Shown in pieces: positions 1 through 12,010 of a DNA stretch of 64,000 bases. The stretch spans positions 119,972,001-120,036,000 of the forward strand of contig CM059431.1 of assembly GCA_030390025.1 (NCBI GenBank), read 5' to 3'. The translations under genes and the position numbers were made by a program. A model generated the notes under the pieces. It saw only the letters and a program-made list of their open reading frames with translations. It was not told where the DNA came from and searched no databases. Positions within the stretch are counted from its first letter, which is position 1. Every line of letters begins with the position of its first letter. This stretch comes from Squalus acanthias. Its lineage: Eukaryota.

Positions 1-1593
1 ACGCGGCTCTGTGCAGCCTGTATGTCAGTGCGGGTTTAGGCCTTGTTGCCTGTTCTGGTCTCCAGCCAGTCTGGGAGCACTAGACACACCTGTGAGTGGT
101 TCGAATCACTCGCCCTTACGGTTCTACACACTGGACTTAGATGCGAGAGCAGTAATGGAGATGAAACTCATGTAGACTCGGTTGAATGGTACGAAATGGA
201 AAATCTTTATTGCATGATATTTAAGATTACGAAATACATGTCATAAGCACAGATTAATGACAGTACAATCATACAAGCAGTTATATAGCTGATCCTAGGG
301 AAACGAGGAACGAACGACACACCGTAAATAGGGGCACACATTACAAGTATCCTTAATACTTAAACCCTCCCCTATCAATATCTGTCCTAGCTAGATTCGT
401 AGGATTTCGAGACTCATGCTCACCACTCGTGATAACTCGGAGAAATTCCGAATAGCTGATCGGATGTTTTTCACCGCAGCAACCACGTGTCGATCAGGAG
501 GTCTCCTGGTCCCACTTGTTTACTTGCTTCTGCTCCGGCTAGCAGGCTGGACCGTCTGCTGTGATGAAGATCTGTGTTGGTTGGTTTAACAGGTACTTTC
601 CGAATACAGCCCAGTCAATATCATCTTTGACGATCCGTTCTTGCAAGTTCAAAGAAGTCTTCCTGGCAAGGAAAACTTGGCTGTTCGACCTACAGGCACG
701 GTCGGGATTTACTGACCGTGGCGATGAGTATGGTCTTCCTCTCTTCTCCTCTCATCTCATCTCATCTCATCTCGGGCCTTTGGTTCCGATGCCAGTTACC
801 AACATAGGTCTTCGTTACGCGACACGAGGTAGATCCGAACGGATCAGAAAGTTCAACAGTCTTTTTCAAAGAGGCACCAGGCAAGCAGGAACAAGACTAC
901 GAGTCAAAAACACAGGAGCAGCCACGAGGTTACGAGTCGATCGGATAAGAGAATAAGAGAAAGATGGACGGTTGGAGCTTGTAATTATAGTACAAAATCT
1001 TCCGTTTCCCGCCCAACCTTAATGTCCTTTCTTTTGTTTGAGTTTGGCGCTCAAATGTCTTGTATGGGTGATCTCCGTTCTTAATGGGTTTCGGGGCTAC
1101 TCGTAACTGTCTGAGTACCTGTTAATATTTCTCCCATTGTTAAATCGGTCGGTGTTCTCCCTGGAGGGGTTTTGGGGCTTCCAAGTGTTTTGTATAACTA
1201 CCTGCTAACGGCTCTCTCATCGTAGAGTCGTTGGGATTTTACATATTAATGTCTTTTGGATGGGCCCTTGATTACTCGGTACAATAGCTTTCATTCGTAC
1301 CTGGGAGACCGATTTCAGTATTTATGTGTATACTGCAAACCCATAATGTCTCGTGTATTATCTTCACTGTGCTGAATCTTAATCGATCTTGCACAAATGT
1401 TTATTGGAACGCCATCTTGTCTGCCTGTCGAAAAGTCTAGAATGTTCTGTCACGAGGTGCGGCGGCCATTTTACAGGCTGCTTGTGTCCACTTTGAGAAA
1501 CCTGACAGCATTCTGCTGAAATAAAAGCTGTTTGAACGAAACTCTGTGTTTTCTCCTTATTAATAAAAATCGCGATATATTGCGAATTCTACA
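1..1593 (-). mobile_element. Long LTR (probably a solo LTR; its 3' end runs off the window), inserted into an RTE LINE
   Basis: On the minus strand it begins TGTAGAATTCG at 1593, exactly where RTE coding sequence (ALDNVDHFPYLGS) resumes. It has a TATA-like CTATAATT at about 982-990 and AATAAAGATT at about 202-211. Its 3' motifs are shared with the LTR at 39477-40878. The other end and the TSD are not visible. Confidence 0.6.
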
Positions 1594-2415
1594 GGCCTTG
1601 GACAATGTAGACCACTTTCCATACCTCGGGAGCCTACTGTCAACAAGGGCAGGCATCGATGATGAAGTCCAACACCGCCTGCAGTGTGCCAGTCCAGCCT
1701 TCGGTCGCCTGAGGAAGAGAGTGTTTGAAAACCAGGACCTCAAACCCAGCACCAAGCTCATGGTCTACAGAGTAGTAGTGATACCCGCCCTCCTGTATGC
1801 TTCAGAGACATGGACCATGTACAGCAGGCACCTCAAAGCACTGGAGAAGTACCACCAATGCTGCCTCCGCAAGATCCTGCAAATCCATTGGCAGGATAGG
1901 CGCACCAACGTCAGTGTTCTCGCTCAGGCCAACATCCCCAGCATCGAAGCTTTGACCACGCTCGATCAGCTCCGATGGACGGGCCACATCGCCCGCATGT
2001 CCAATACGAGACTCCCAGAATAAGTGCTCTACTCGGATCTCCGACATGGCAAGAGAGCCCCAGGTGGGCAGAGGAAACGCTTCAAGGACACCCTCAAAGC
2101 CTCCTTGAAAAAGTGCAACATCCCCACCGACACCTGGGAATCACTGGCCCAAAACCGCACAAAGTGGAGGAGAAGCATCCGGGAAGGCGCCGAACACCTC
2201 GAGTCTCTTCGCCGGGAGTAAGCAGAAGCCAAGCGTAAACAGCGGAAGGAGCGCACGCCAACCCAAGCACCCCACCCACCCGCCCCTTCAACCACCGTCT
2301 GCCCCACCTGTGACAGAGACAGTAGGTCCCGCATTTGACTCATCAGTCACCTGAGAACTCATCTTTAGTGTGGAAGCAAGTCATCATCGGTTCTGAGGGA
2401 CTGCCTAAGAAGAAG
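1594..2415 (+). mobile_element. RTE-clade LINE, 3' portion of RT ORF (pseudogenised) plus 3' tail
   Basis: Translation reads VDHFPYLGS..FGRLRKRVF..LLYASETWT..QLRWTGHIARM..GGQRKRFKDTLK..CPTC..SHLRTH, with in-frame stops at 2021 and 2219. It ends in an (AAG)n tail. Confidence 0.9.
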
Positions 2416-3554
2416 TGCAGTTTGAGGAGAGGTTTGTCTTTTATATTTGGGGAAACATTACTTCTGTTTGCCACCATCTGACAGAATGGAAAGACTTAGA
2501 ACTAATTGTATGGAGAATCATAGATCCATTGGAGTACCTATATGCTGTATATTTGTTTTAGTTTTCCCCCTTTTCCTTCTGCCTTTTCCCCTTTGTGTCT
2601 CATACTGTGTTTTCTTAGTATCTTTTTCTGTTTTCTAACTTCACTCTCCATTCCTTTCTTTCTTCCCCCCTAACTTTGTGTTTCCTTCTCCCTTTCTTCT
2701 CTGAACACACATCGACACAAGTTCCAGCTCCTGGGTCAACAATGAATCATGACTGTACCAGCCAGATTATGTTGCCTACATCCAAAGGGCCACTGGTTTT
2801 CTCCTAGAAGTCAGACTGCCACTGTATGTGTACCATGGGCACCCAAAAGATTTTGAGGTGTTGTGACACCTCGGAATGTTAGACTGGAGCAACATAATTC
2901 GAATCCACTGGAAGATCTGTGGAACATCTGTTGGACCATTCAAAAATCTCAATTACTTGACAAGAAAGCCTTCAAGCAAAATACAATCTATAATTCACAG
3001 TAAGTCTATAGCTTTATACCGGAGGTTTAAAAATAGTTTGGAATGCTCAGTAACATGGGAAGCTTAAGTGCACCGAAGCAGGTTTGTGTGTATTCCACTT
3101 GGTTTAGCTTCTTAGCCCTTTCCTGACCTGTGATATACAGGAGATGTAAGAATTGTATTGTTGTGACACTGGGATATTCTGTAATCAAGAATGAAACTAA
3201 AATATTTCTTAAGCTCAGAGAATTATTGTTGCCTGGGAAGAAACTGCTAAATAAACATTGAAGTTATGTTTAATATAAGCAATTACTGATTGACAGACAA
3301 AAGTTATACAGGGTGTATATACATATTTATAATGAAGAATGTAGATGGATGGAATATGTCAAAAAGTTCACCAAACAATTTGGGGCCACCTACTGACTTA
3401 TAAACCCTAAGGTTGCGTGAGTTACGCAATTCAGTGCCACACGTGGATTGTTTTGTATATTCCACTGCTCTAAAGTCATTTATTACATTTCTACTGCTTC
3501 TGTATTTATGGGAGCAAAAAATGTTACGTAATTGTTTAGACATATTTAAATGAT

Positions 3555-3667
3555 ATAGTTAGATGAGGAAAGACGGGAAGAGGCTCGAGTGGAGCATAAA
3601 CACCGGCATGGACTGGTTGGGCCGAATGGCCTGTTTCGATGCCGTATATCCTATATAATCCTATGTA
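3555..3667 (+). mobile_element. CR1-group LINE/SINE 3' tail fragment (a reverse copy lies at about 37875-37978)
   Basis: GGGCCGAATGGCCTGTTTC hairpin tail followed by a short microsatellite-like end. The reverse-complement homolog is at 37875-37978. Confidence 0.6.
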
Positions 3668-4294
3668 AAAATAAAATTACGGAGAGGACTTAAAGCTGAA
3701 TATGTGTTTTGTATTGGATATTTAAACCTTTTCTGTGCTGGCCTGCTATTTGTACATGTTGTGGTTTGGAAGAGCCCATTCCAATCAACAAATTTCAAAT
3801 GTCAAGGTGACAATATCACTGCACAAGTGGCAGAACAATTATTAGTAGGCAGTTGGAACCTAGCGCTTTCTACTTCTCATTCACCTGGTATTGTTAGTAT
3901 GCCAGTATCGTTTTTGTCAGGAGCTGCGTACTCACCTAATTGTTACTACGGAGTCTCATGTCCACTTTTATACCACAGATTGAGTGTCTCGTACTGTTGA
4001 ATACATCCACTGGATACAAATAAGCCTGTGCTGTTTTAATCATATATATGGGCATGTCATTACTTAATGAACTTAAATTATAGGGTGATTCGTTTTACTT
4101 TGCTTTCTTTTATTTTTTTCAAAATGTAACTATGGTTGTGAGCTTCTGAAATTTCCATGGTCATCTCATTATATATTGCCCATGATCATTCCATTGTCCT
4201 ACAGCAGCATTTGAAACAGGTCACCCCATTCTCATATCCAATGTCAATGGCCTATTTCCTGTTTGCCTCTGGACTCAACCGAAAGTGACTGTAA

Positions 4295-5009
4295 GACCGG
4301 AATTTTCTTCCGGGAGGCAGGTTGGGGGCGGTGGCGGGGGGAGGGGGATCCGAGGAAATCCAGGAGGCTGTGCCTAATTTGAATGTGAGGCCTCGGTTTC
4401 CCGCCCACAGTCAGCCAGCTTGAAAGGCTGGCTGGCTGCCAGCAGGTAGGCTTCAGTTGCGAGGGGGAGGGAACGCAGGAGGGGTGTCAGGGATCGGCGG
4501 AAGGCGGGGTGTCAGGAGTCGGGAGGGGGGTTGGCAACCAGTGGAGGGGGGGGCGGGAATCGGGAGGGGGGGCGGGAATCGAGAGGGGGTTGGCAATCAG
4601 GAGAGGGGAGAGAAGATCAGTAGAGAGTGTTGCAGGATCGACAGGGGGTGGGTATTTTAGGGACCCTGTATCCAGGAGGTAGGTACAAAGCCACTTACCT
4701 CCTGGATGCAGCAGTCCCCGCCTCGGTTTAACTGCCGGGTTCCACGAATTGTGTGTAACCCGTCCCCAGGCAGTTAACTTCAGAATGGAGGGGAAAATAG
4801 AGGCTTCCAGCCCCATTACAATATTTAAATTAAGGTAACCCCCCTGGGAGCGGGTTGGTCGCCCGTCCCCCATTCTGCCCCCGTCCGGACTCTGGCAAAA
4901 CCGGAAGTGGGTGGGTTGGAGGCGGGATCAGGTCGGGAATCCCATTTTTAACAATTTAACTGTCCCCACGCTCCAAACCCACCCGTGTTTTTATGGGAAA
5001 ATTCCGGCC
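4295..5009. mobile_element. Non-autonomous Harbinger-type element (MITE) with a G-rich core
   Basis: TIRs GACCGGAATTTTC / GAAAATTCCGGCC, flanked by TAA/TAT. Homologous to 13843-14200, 17900-18889 and 26422-27372. Confidence 0.7.
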
Positions 5010-5395
5010 TATGCCACTCAGTCTCGATAGCCCTGATTTTAACTACAGCCACGCTTGGATTGGACAAGGTGCAAGGGCAACCCACACGGTGAATCGAACT
5101 TCAGGCCTGGGCCATCATAGCATCTGGGCATCATTTGAATATGGCAGAACTGTCACTGCCTGAAACCGGCGAGAGCAATATCAGGGCGGAGGGCAGGAGT
5201 GAGAATTCGTCCAGGGGGACGCTACCACCGCGGAATCAAGAGAATGATCCCCGGTGTAATGGTTACTACTGGGAGAGGGGGTTCTGAAAGGAGCTGCCAG
5301 GGGTGGGAGGGAGAGGGAAGGCCGGGGATAAGGAGGCCCAAGGACTCCTTGCGGGGAACATTCCTGCTTCTCCTGGTCCAAGGAATTCTCACTAA

Positions 5396-6777
5396 GGCTG
5401 GAATTTTCTAGGGTGTCAGCGGACGGGATCGGTGGCGGGTTGGGTGGGAAAATGTTTTGTTTGACAGCTGGTTGGGAACCAAGTCTTTTCACAAGTCTCC
5501 ATCCAGTCTCACCTCATTACCTCACTCACCATTGACAGATCACTTCTGTCTTCTGTACTTCACCTGCCATCTATGCCATCAGCATGGGTGCCATTTATAC
5601 TGTCTCAGCTTGCTCCTCAGAATCCCATCACGATCAGCCCCAACACCAGCAGCACCAGGCACACCTGCAGCACCAACAACAACACCAACCTTCTCCACAA
5701 TCACCTGATGCTGCACAGGACTCAGGGCACCAGCACCCAACCACATTGCTGGCCGGGATGGCCTCACCATGGCCAGATTTACTTCACTTGACGCTGTACA
5801 CCCTGCCTGCCACATGATGCACCAGGTTGGCACCACCCCACACCAACACCATAAAGCATCCCTACAATGCCCAAGCCATTCCTTTCACACTCATGACCAC
5901 TGCCGGGGGTGGGGGTGGGGGGGGGGTACCGTTATGTCTCACCATTCACTGCAACTCACTAAGCCAGATTTCAATGTTTGACAGCACATTAATAGAAATT
6001 TTACATAAACTTTGGATAAAATACCTAAGTGGCTACCCTTGTGTGTTGTTAGTTGGTTTGATTGCATTAGGATGAGAGTGAGTGTGAGGGGTGGCTAGTG
6101 AGATGGAGATGTGATAATGTAGATAAAGAGGGATGGGTGGAGGTGCAAGGTCAGTTGATGTGAGTAAGGATGTGCAGGAGTAGGGTAGGGAAGGCAGAGT
6201 GATGGGGATGTGATGAGAGGTACAGCAGGATGAAGGTTTGTGTGGCTTTGTACTAACGTTTCGTGATCTACTGAGATCATTGAAATGTTTGCGCCACTGC
6301 ACCCAGGTCCTCCTGACCACATCCCTGCTTGTGCACTCCTGTGCGATGTGCAACCAGATTGTGTTGGTCTCCTGGGGACGTGTCTTCCACCCATCGGAAG
6401 GAAAGGGGACCTCACTGCGTGCTCTGACTACCTCCATAAGAATATGGAGGGAGTCATGGGAGAACCTGGATGCAGCCCTCTGCCTCTGTGCAGTCATTGT
6501 CAGGGTTTGCAACACCTCAATGCCGTAGAACACTTACAGCATAAATGACAATAGAAAGTTGGCCATGGTGCCTTTAAGGAAACCGGTTGATGGCGTGTCA
6601 TGAATGACGTCACCTGACCTGCTTCCTCTAATTGGGCCGGGAAACAAGCTGGGCAGGTTTAACAAGCCTTATCAACGTAAATTCATTTTAGACAGTGGGA
6701 TGGAGCCAGCAGCGGGGACGCGATCCACCACCAACATCGCCCGCTCCGGACCCGCCGAGGTGAGCAAAATCCCAGCC
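5396..6777 (-). mobile_element. Internally deleted PIF/Harbinger transposon
   Basis: TIRs GGCTGGAATTTT / AAAATCCCAGCC with TAA/CAA flanks. It retains Myb exon 1 (minus) and a Gln-rich transposase N-terminus remnant (plus, from 5584). Confidence 0.8.
6258..6497 (-). pseudogene. Harbinger Myb/SANT-like DNA-binding protein, exon 1
   Basis: MTAQRQRAASRFS..LMEVVRAR..W..IAQEC..RRTWVQWRKHFNDL (Myb_DNA-bind_5/NAIF1-like), ending at a GTTAGT donor. Confidence 0.8.
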
Positions 6778-7243
6778 CAAAAGTTTAAAAAAAAGATTTG
6801 GCCTCTTCTGGCCACTCTGCTGCCTCCCACCATGTTTTGCTGGTAGGTTTGGTGCCGTGCAGTCCTCCTGTTTCCCATCCCACCCCCCCGACCAGAGTTA
6901 AAATGGCGTTGTTGCACCAATGACATAATTCAACAGTGAAATTAGCACATTAAGTAGGCCCCGGCTGCCTTGCATTGATGGCCCACCCGTGCCTGAAATA
7001 TTCCTGATAAAAATTGCATCAGGCAGGAATCCATCCAGACCATGGTGCAAACCCATTGGCCGCCATTTTAACTCTTTGACCCTTGATAGTCGGAATCCCA
7101 CCAGGAGCATGTTGTGAAAGTCTAATGAGCCCAACAAAGGGAGATGGGTTGGACCTCAAGTGGACACTGAGGGGCAGGCAGAGGTATTATCCCGCTGAGA
7201 CTATTGTTATAATCAAAGGTTTTTAAACTAGGTATTAATCTAG

Positions 7244-7684
7244 TTGCTTGAACACCACCCCATCCACCACCTTAAACATTCACTCCCTCCACCACCGGCG
7301 CACTGTGGCTGCAGTGTGTCCCATCTACAAGATGCACTGCAGCAACTCGCCAAGGCTTCTTTGAAAGCACCTCCCAAACCCGTGACCTCTACCAGCTAGA
7401 AGGACAAGGGCAGCAGGTGCATGGGAACACCACCACCTCCAAGATCTCCATAAAGTCACACACCATCCTGACTTAGAATTATACTGCCACTCCTTTATCG
7501 TCACAGGGTCAAAATCCTGGAAATCCTTACCGACCAGCACTGTGGGAGTACCTTCACCACAAGGACTGAAGTGGTTCAAGAAGGCGGCTCACCACCACCT
7601 TCTCAAGGGCAATTAGGAATGGGAAATAAATGCTGGCCTTGCCAGCAATGCCCACATCCCATGAATGAATGAATAAAAAAAAAA
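7244..7684 (+). mobile_element. 3' fragment of a CR1/L2-superfamily LINE (same family as 27608-32030 and 60601-61800)
   Basis: Near-identical to the 3' ends at 31640-32030 and 61370-61800. Ends ...AATAAATGCTGGCCTTGCCAG..CCCATGAATGAAT followed by an A tail. Confidence 0.85.
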
Positions 7685-9069
7685 CTCCACCCCAAAGAGA
7701 AACATCCAGGCGTATATATTCAATTATCTGTAATTATTGAACACTTATCCTACACTTGTTAAGGCATGCAGGTACAAAGAAATAAATAATTTCAGACAAT
7801 AGCTTAATATGGTGTTACTGCATGACAGGGGCAGTATTGAGTCACTTATGCTGTGCATTTGATCCATAGAGTAGAGGGTTGTGAGTTTAAGCTTCAACTT
7901 TACCTAGTTCTCAATTTCAAGTTTGTTTTGCACGGAGGCACTGGACAGAGATTGGGTGGCTCTTACAGCAGTAAGTCAGCATTCGAAAAGATGTCCTTGC
8001 CAGGCAGCTGTCAAGCTCCTCTTGGCAGCTGCCCAAGAGCAATGTTGGCTGTGGTCTGGGAAGGGGGCAAGCAGCCTTACCATCTGGGCTGCAGAGCTGC
8101 TTGAGTTGGGCAGGATCTCCGAGTGAGAAACAAATAAAAGTGGGTCTCTGGCCTCCTTGGGCTGTGATGATACTGCCGAGCTACTTTCAGTGCTAAGCAG
8201 AAAAGCACATTTTACTCAAGATTGCATTAAGGTGATGAGTTAAAGACTTTTGTTGCATCTCCTATGATAGATTTTGTCATTTTGAAATGAAACATAAAAG
8301 TTAACCGGCAGATCTTAAATAATTTCCATGCAAGCATTTATTCAGTTACTGGAAAAATCAACAATGCTGGGCCCACTGTAGTGAGGAAAATTGGACCTCT
8401 GAGAGCATTTTTATAACGTAGTTGCTGGTCTGAATAGATTCCAAGCAGACGGTACCTTGTTTATACTGCCTGGCTGCGAATTGAATTCTCATGACCAGGA
8501 GAGAGCTTTGTGCTCGCGTGCATCTATGTATACACAGAGCTGCACTCCCAGCTGTTCAATGTTTAATGTTTTGAGAGCATACACAGGAGCACCCTTCTTC
8601 TCAAAACATTTAAAACAAACTGCGTTTAAGCTTATAAAGTGCCTATGGGATCCAAGAGATCTCCATACGCATTTTTAAACTCATTTGAAACTGCATTGGA
8701 GTTATACTCCAAGGGATGGAAATTCATTATCGCCCAGGAATGGACGCTAACTTCTGAAAAGTTTGAGATTTAGCGCTAGGCGCTAATGAATCTCGCGGCA
8801 CGCAAAATTCAGTGTCATCGCTCAAAGAAAGGATGGGAGCGCTAAATCAAGTGTTAATGACCTAGCTCAGTGGCGTTAGACTCGAAGCACTAAACAATTT
8901 CAGGTGCAGTCTAATCGCTAGTCATCATTGCCACAGGCTCTTTCCAGTTCTTAAAGGGGAGGTTCAATCATGCTGCAGAACCTCATTCTCAGCATTGCTG
9001 GTTCTGCAGCTGTCTCAACAAGCATCGGAAGGCCAAGGAGAAGGAACCGGACCACTGAAGGAGGTGTCA

Positions 9070-10417
9070 TTATAGCAGATCATCGGCCCAGGGAGAGAGC
9101 TCGCAGACTCGGCAACTCAGGCATGGAAGGCATTGGTCTTCACTGTGGAGAGACGGAGGGCAGTGCTGTACCCAGCAAGTGGCAGGAGGCCCTCGCCGCA
9201 ATTCTTCCGCGCCATGTGGAGGGAGGTAGCCCAGCAGGTCTCGGGCAGCACTGTGGTCCCCAGGACCCACACACAGTGCAGGAAGAAATTAAACAACCCC
9301 ACTCGAGTGGTCAGGGTGAGTCAATGCTTCAACAAATGCTACATACCACCATCTGAACCTCTGTCTGTACACACTGCCCAAAGCACCACACCCCCAGCAC
9401 TCATCCACCAACAATCTCTACCTACCAACACTCACACCCACATCTCACACCTTGCACACAATGGCAGGCACATCTCCCAAACACATTGCTCCACACTCAC
9501 TCACACACTCACTTTCCTCTCTCTTACAGGCCAAGGTCACTCACAACAGGAGGGAGCAGGAGCGCACAAGCGGGGGACAACCTGACACCCAACCACTGTC
9601 TGCGCTGGAGGAAAGAGTGCTGCAAATCATTGGGCGGCAGATGGTGGGCGCGTGGCTACCGGCGACGTTGACCCCCTTTGGGGACAACAATGGTATGTTC
9701 ATCCCTGCTCCTTCTCACATCCCACCTCCCCCTCACCCCACAAACCTTTCCAACTTTCCAGCTAATCACGCTGTACGCATGCCTTTCTCCCTTCCTGCCT
9801 CCCTCCCCTCACCTTAACCAAATTCTTGTGCCTTTATGCTTTCAGATAATGAGCAAGCAGCTGAGCAGCCTGTCCCTGAGGGCACCATAGAAAGCGAGGC
9901 GGAAGAAGAGGAGGACGAAGAACACACCGCGTCACTGCATATCTCATCCCCAGGCACAAGCTCAGATACTGGCACTACGCGTTCTTTAGAGGCTAGTATA
10001 GTAGCGGGATCTGCACAGGGTGATGCACCGGGGACGAGCGGGCTGCAGCAAGGCCAGGGGGAAAGGGTAGCTCGGGAGTCAGCTCCCAAGAGGGCGAGTT
10101 CGCAGGACTCAGATGAGGATCTCGATGGGGAGGCCTTTAGAAGAAGGGTGATGGGCATGCATGTGGAGATGATAGGTGCAATGTCAAGGGTGCCTGAGAG
10201 CCTCTCAGCAATAGTAAGGAGCGTGGAGGAATCCGCCTCCAACATTGCACAAGGCTCTGCGCACACCATGGAGCCCACCATTTACAGTCTGCAAAGGATG
10301 GTGGACTCCCAGAGAGACCGTGGCAACCCAAACCTTTTGCCGCATGTCATGGGCGATGTCACAGCTTCCATTGCAGCACAGGCAGAAGCCATGCAACGTC
10401 TTAGTGCTGTAATGTAG
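9070..10417 (+). pseudogene. Harbinger Myb/SANT protein gene, three exons (about 9070-9315, 9530-9692, 9846-10417)
   Basis: Exon 1 reads VERRRAVLYP..MWREVAQQVS..RTHTQCRKKLN then GTGAGT. Exon 2 follows the acceptor TTACAG and reads AKVTHNRREQERTSGG then GTATGT. Exon 3 follows TTCAG and encodes an acidic and coiled-coil region. Frameshifts are present. Confidence 0.8.
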
Positions 10418-10449
10418 ACAGGGATGGAATGATGGAGATGTGGTGAGCA

Positions 10450-11671
10450 ACGGGGATCTGGGGTTTAATTTATTGGAACTGCAGTTTGATGAGGCGGTCA
10501 CAGACCACCCTTCCAAAAGGTCGATTCAGTGGCTGCCTCCTCCCTCGCTCCTGTTCCTTCTCCTCCTCCTCCTCCTCCTCGTCCTCCTCCTCATCTTCCT
10601 CTTTCTCCTCATCCTCATCGTCGTCCTCCTCCTCCTCTCCTTCTTCCTCCTCCTGAAGTGGTCCCCCAATCCCTGGTGCAAGGGCTGGACACTCATCATG
10701 GCCAAGTTGTGGAGCATGCAACAAACCACGATGAAATGGGACACCTGCTCCGACGAGTACTGGAGGGCTCCTCCTGAGCGGCCAAGGCAGTGGAACTGTT
10801 GCTTGAGCACCCCAATGGTCGATGATGTTCCTGGTGGCAGCATGGCTCTCATTATATGAGTGCTGAGCAGGAGTGCTGGGGTTGCGGAGGGGAGTCATGA
10901 GCCAGGTGGAGAGCAGATAGCCCTTGTCTCCGACCAGCCAGCCGCAAGCTTGATGTGGTGGCTGGAAGAGTGCTGGCGCAAAATGACGGCATCGTGGCTG
11001 CTGCCAGGATAGCGGGCATTCACATTGAGGATTAACTGTCTCTGGCCGCACACCAACAGCACATTAAGTGAGTGGTAGCCTTTGCAGTTATGGAAGATCT
11101 CAGGATTGTTATGCAGTGCCTGCAAAGTAATGTGGGTGCAGTCAATAGGCGCCCTGCACCATGGGGAAGCCCGCTATCCTGGCAAAACCACATGTACGTT
11201 TGTCCTGCTTCTCTCTGGTGTTGGGGTAGGAAATTTAGTCCCTTCTCCTACTGTAGAGAGCCTCTGTGACCTCCCGGATGCAGTGATGGATGGCGAACTG
11301 TGAGATGTTCACTATATCTCCTGTTGCAGACTGGAAGGATCTGCTGGCGAAGAAATTGAGGGCAATGCTGATCTTGCCTGCCACTGAGAGAGCCGTGGTC
11401 GATCTGATCTGAGGCTGGAGCTCTGGTTGCAGGAGGTGGCAGAGTCTGGTGACCACATCCTTGCTGAAGCGACGCCTTCTAATACACTGCTCCCCGCTTA
11501 ATTGGAGGTAGGAGAAGTGCTCTCGGAATACCCTCGGAGGGTAAGGCCTCCTGTTGAGAGCCCTGATGGCCCTCCTCCTCCCTCTGGCCACATCTTGCAA
11601 TCTTTCTCGCTTCACCGCTCCATCTGCAGTAGATCCTGGAGGGCGAGGTCGATTACCAGTACAGCCCCCAT
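10450..11671 (-). pseudogene. Harbinger (HARBI1-like) DDE transposase, frameshifted
   Basis: Motifs [80 protein letters not shown], followed by a poly-Glu tail. Confidence 0.9.
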
Positions 11672-12010
11672 TAATGTAATGATGTGTAGCACTTTGAAAT
11701 TTTGTCAGAATAAATGTAACAAATTTTTAGTAGCCACAACACTCCTGATACTAAAGAACCTTTAAATGACTGAATTAAACTCTTGCACAATTGCAAACTG
11801 ACAAAGAAGCAGCGAAACAGCACTAACCTGACAGCTGTGACTGATCCCTTTAAATAATGCTCCTGGAGCCGCCATCCGCCTGTTTCCCGCCTCCCCTTCC
11901 TATCGTAGTCGGGGCGAGGCACTAAGGCAGGGGGCGACAATCAATTTGGCAGATTGGGTTGCTGACTGAGCGTTGCATGCTCACTGACGTCACGATCTGC
12001 CTGCTGCTAA

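Noticed and set aside
93..112. tRNA gene suggested by GGTTCGAATC
   Set aside because: There is no cloverleaf, acceptor stem or matching A-box. It is only an isolated hairpin within an LTR.
10440..10859. Leu-rich 'membrane protein' ORF
   Set aside because: It is the antisense reading of the transposase poly-Glu tail.
10450..11671. Host HARBI1/NAIF1 domesticated genes
   Set aside because: The copies are multiple, frameshifted and bounded by TIRs and TSDs, so they are transposon copies and no gene symbol is assigned.
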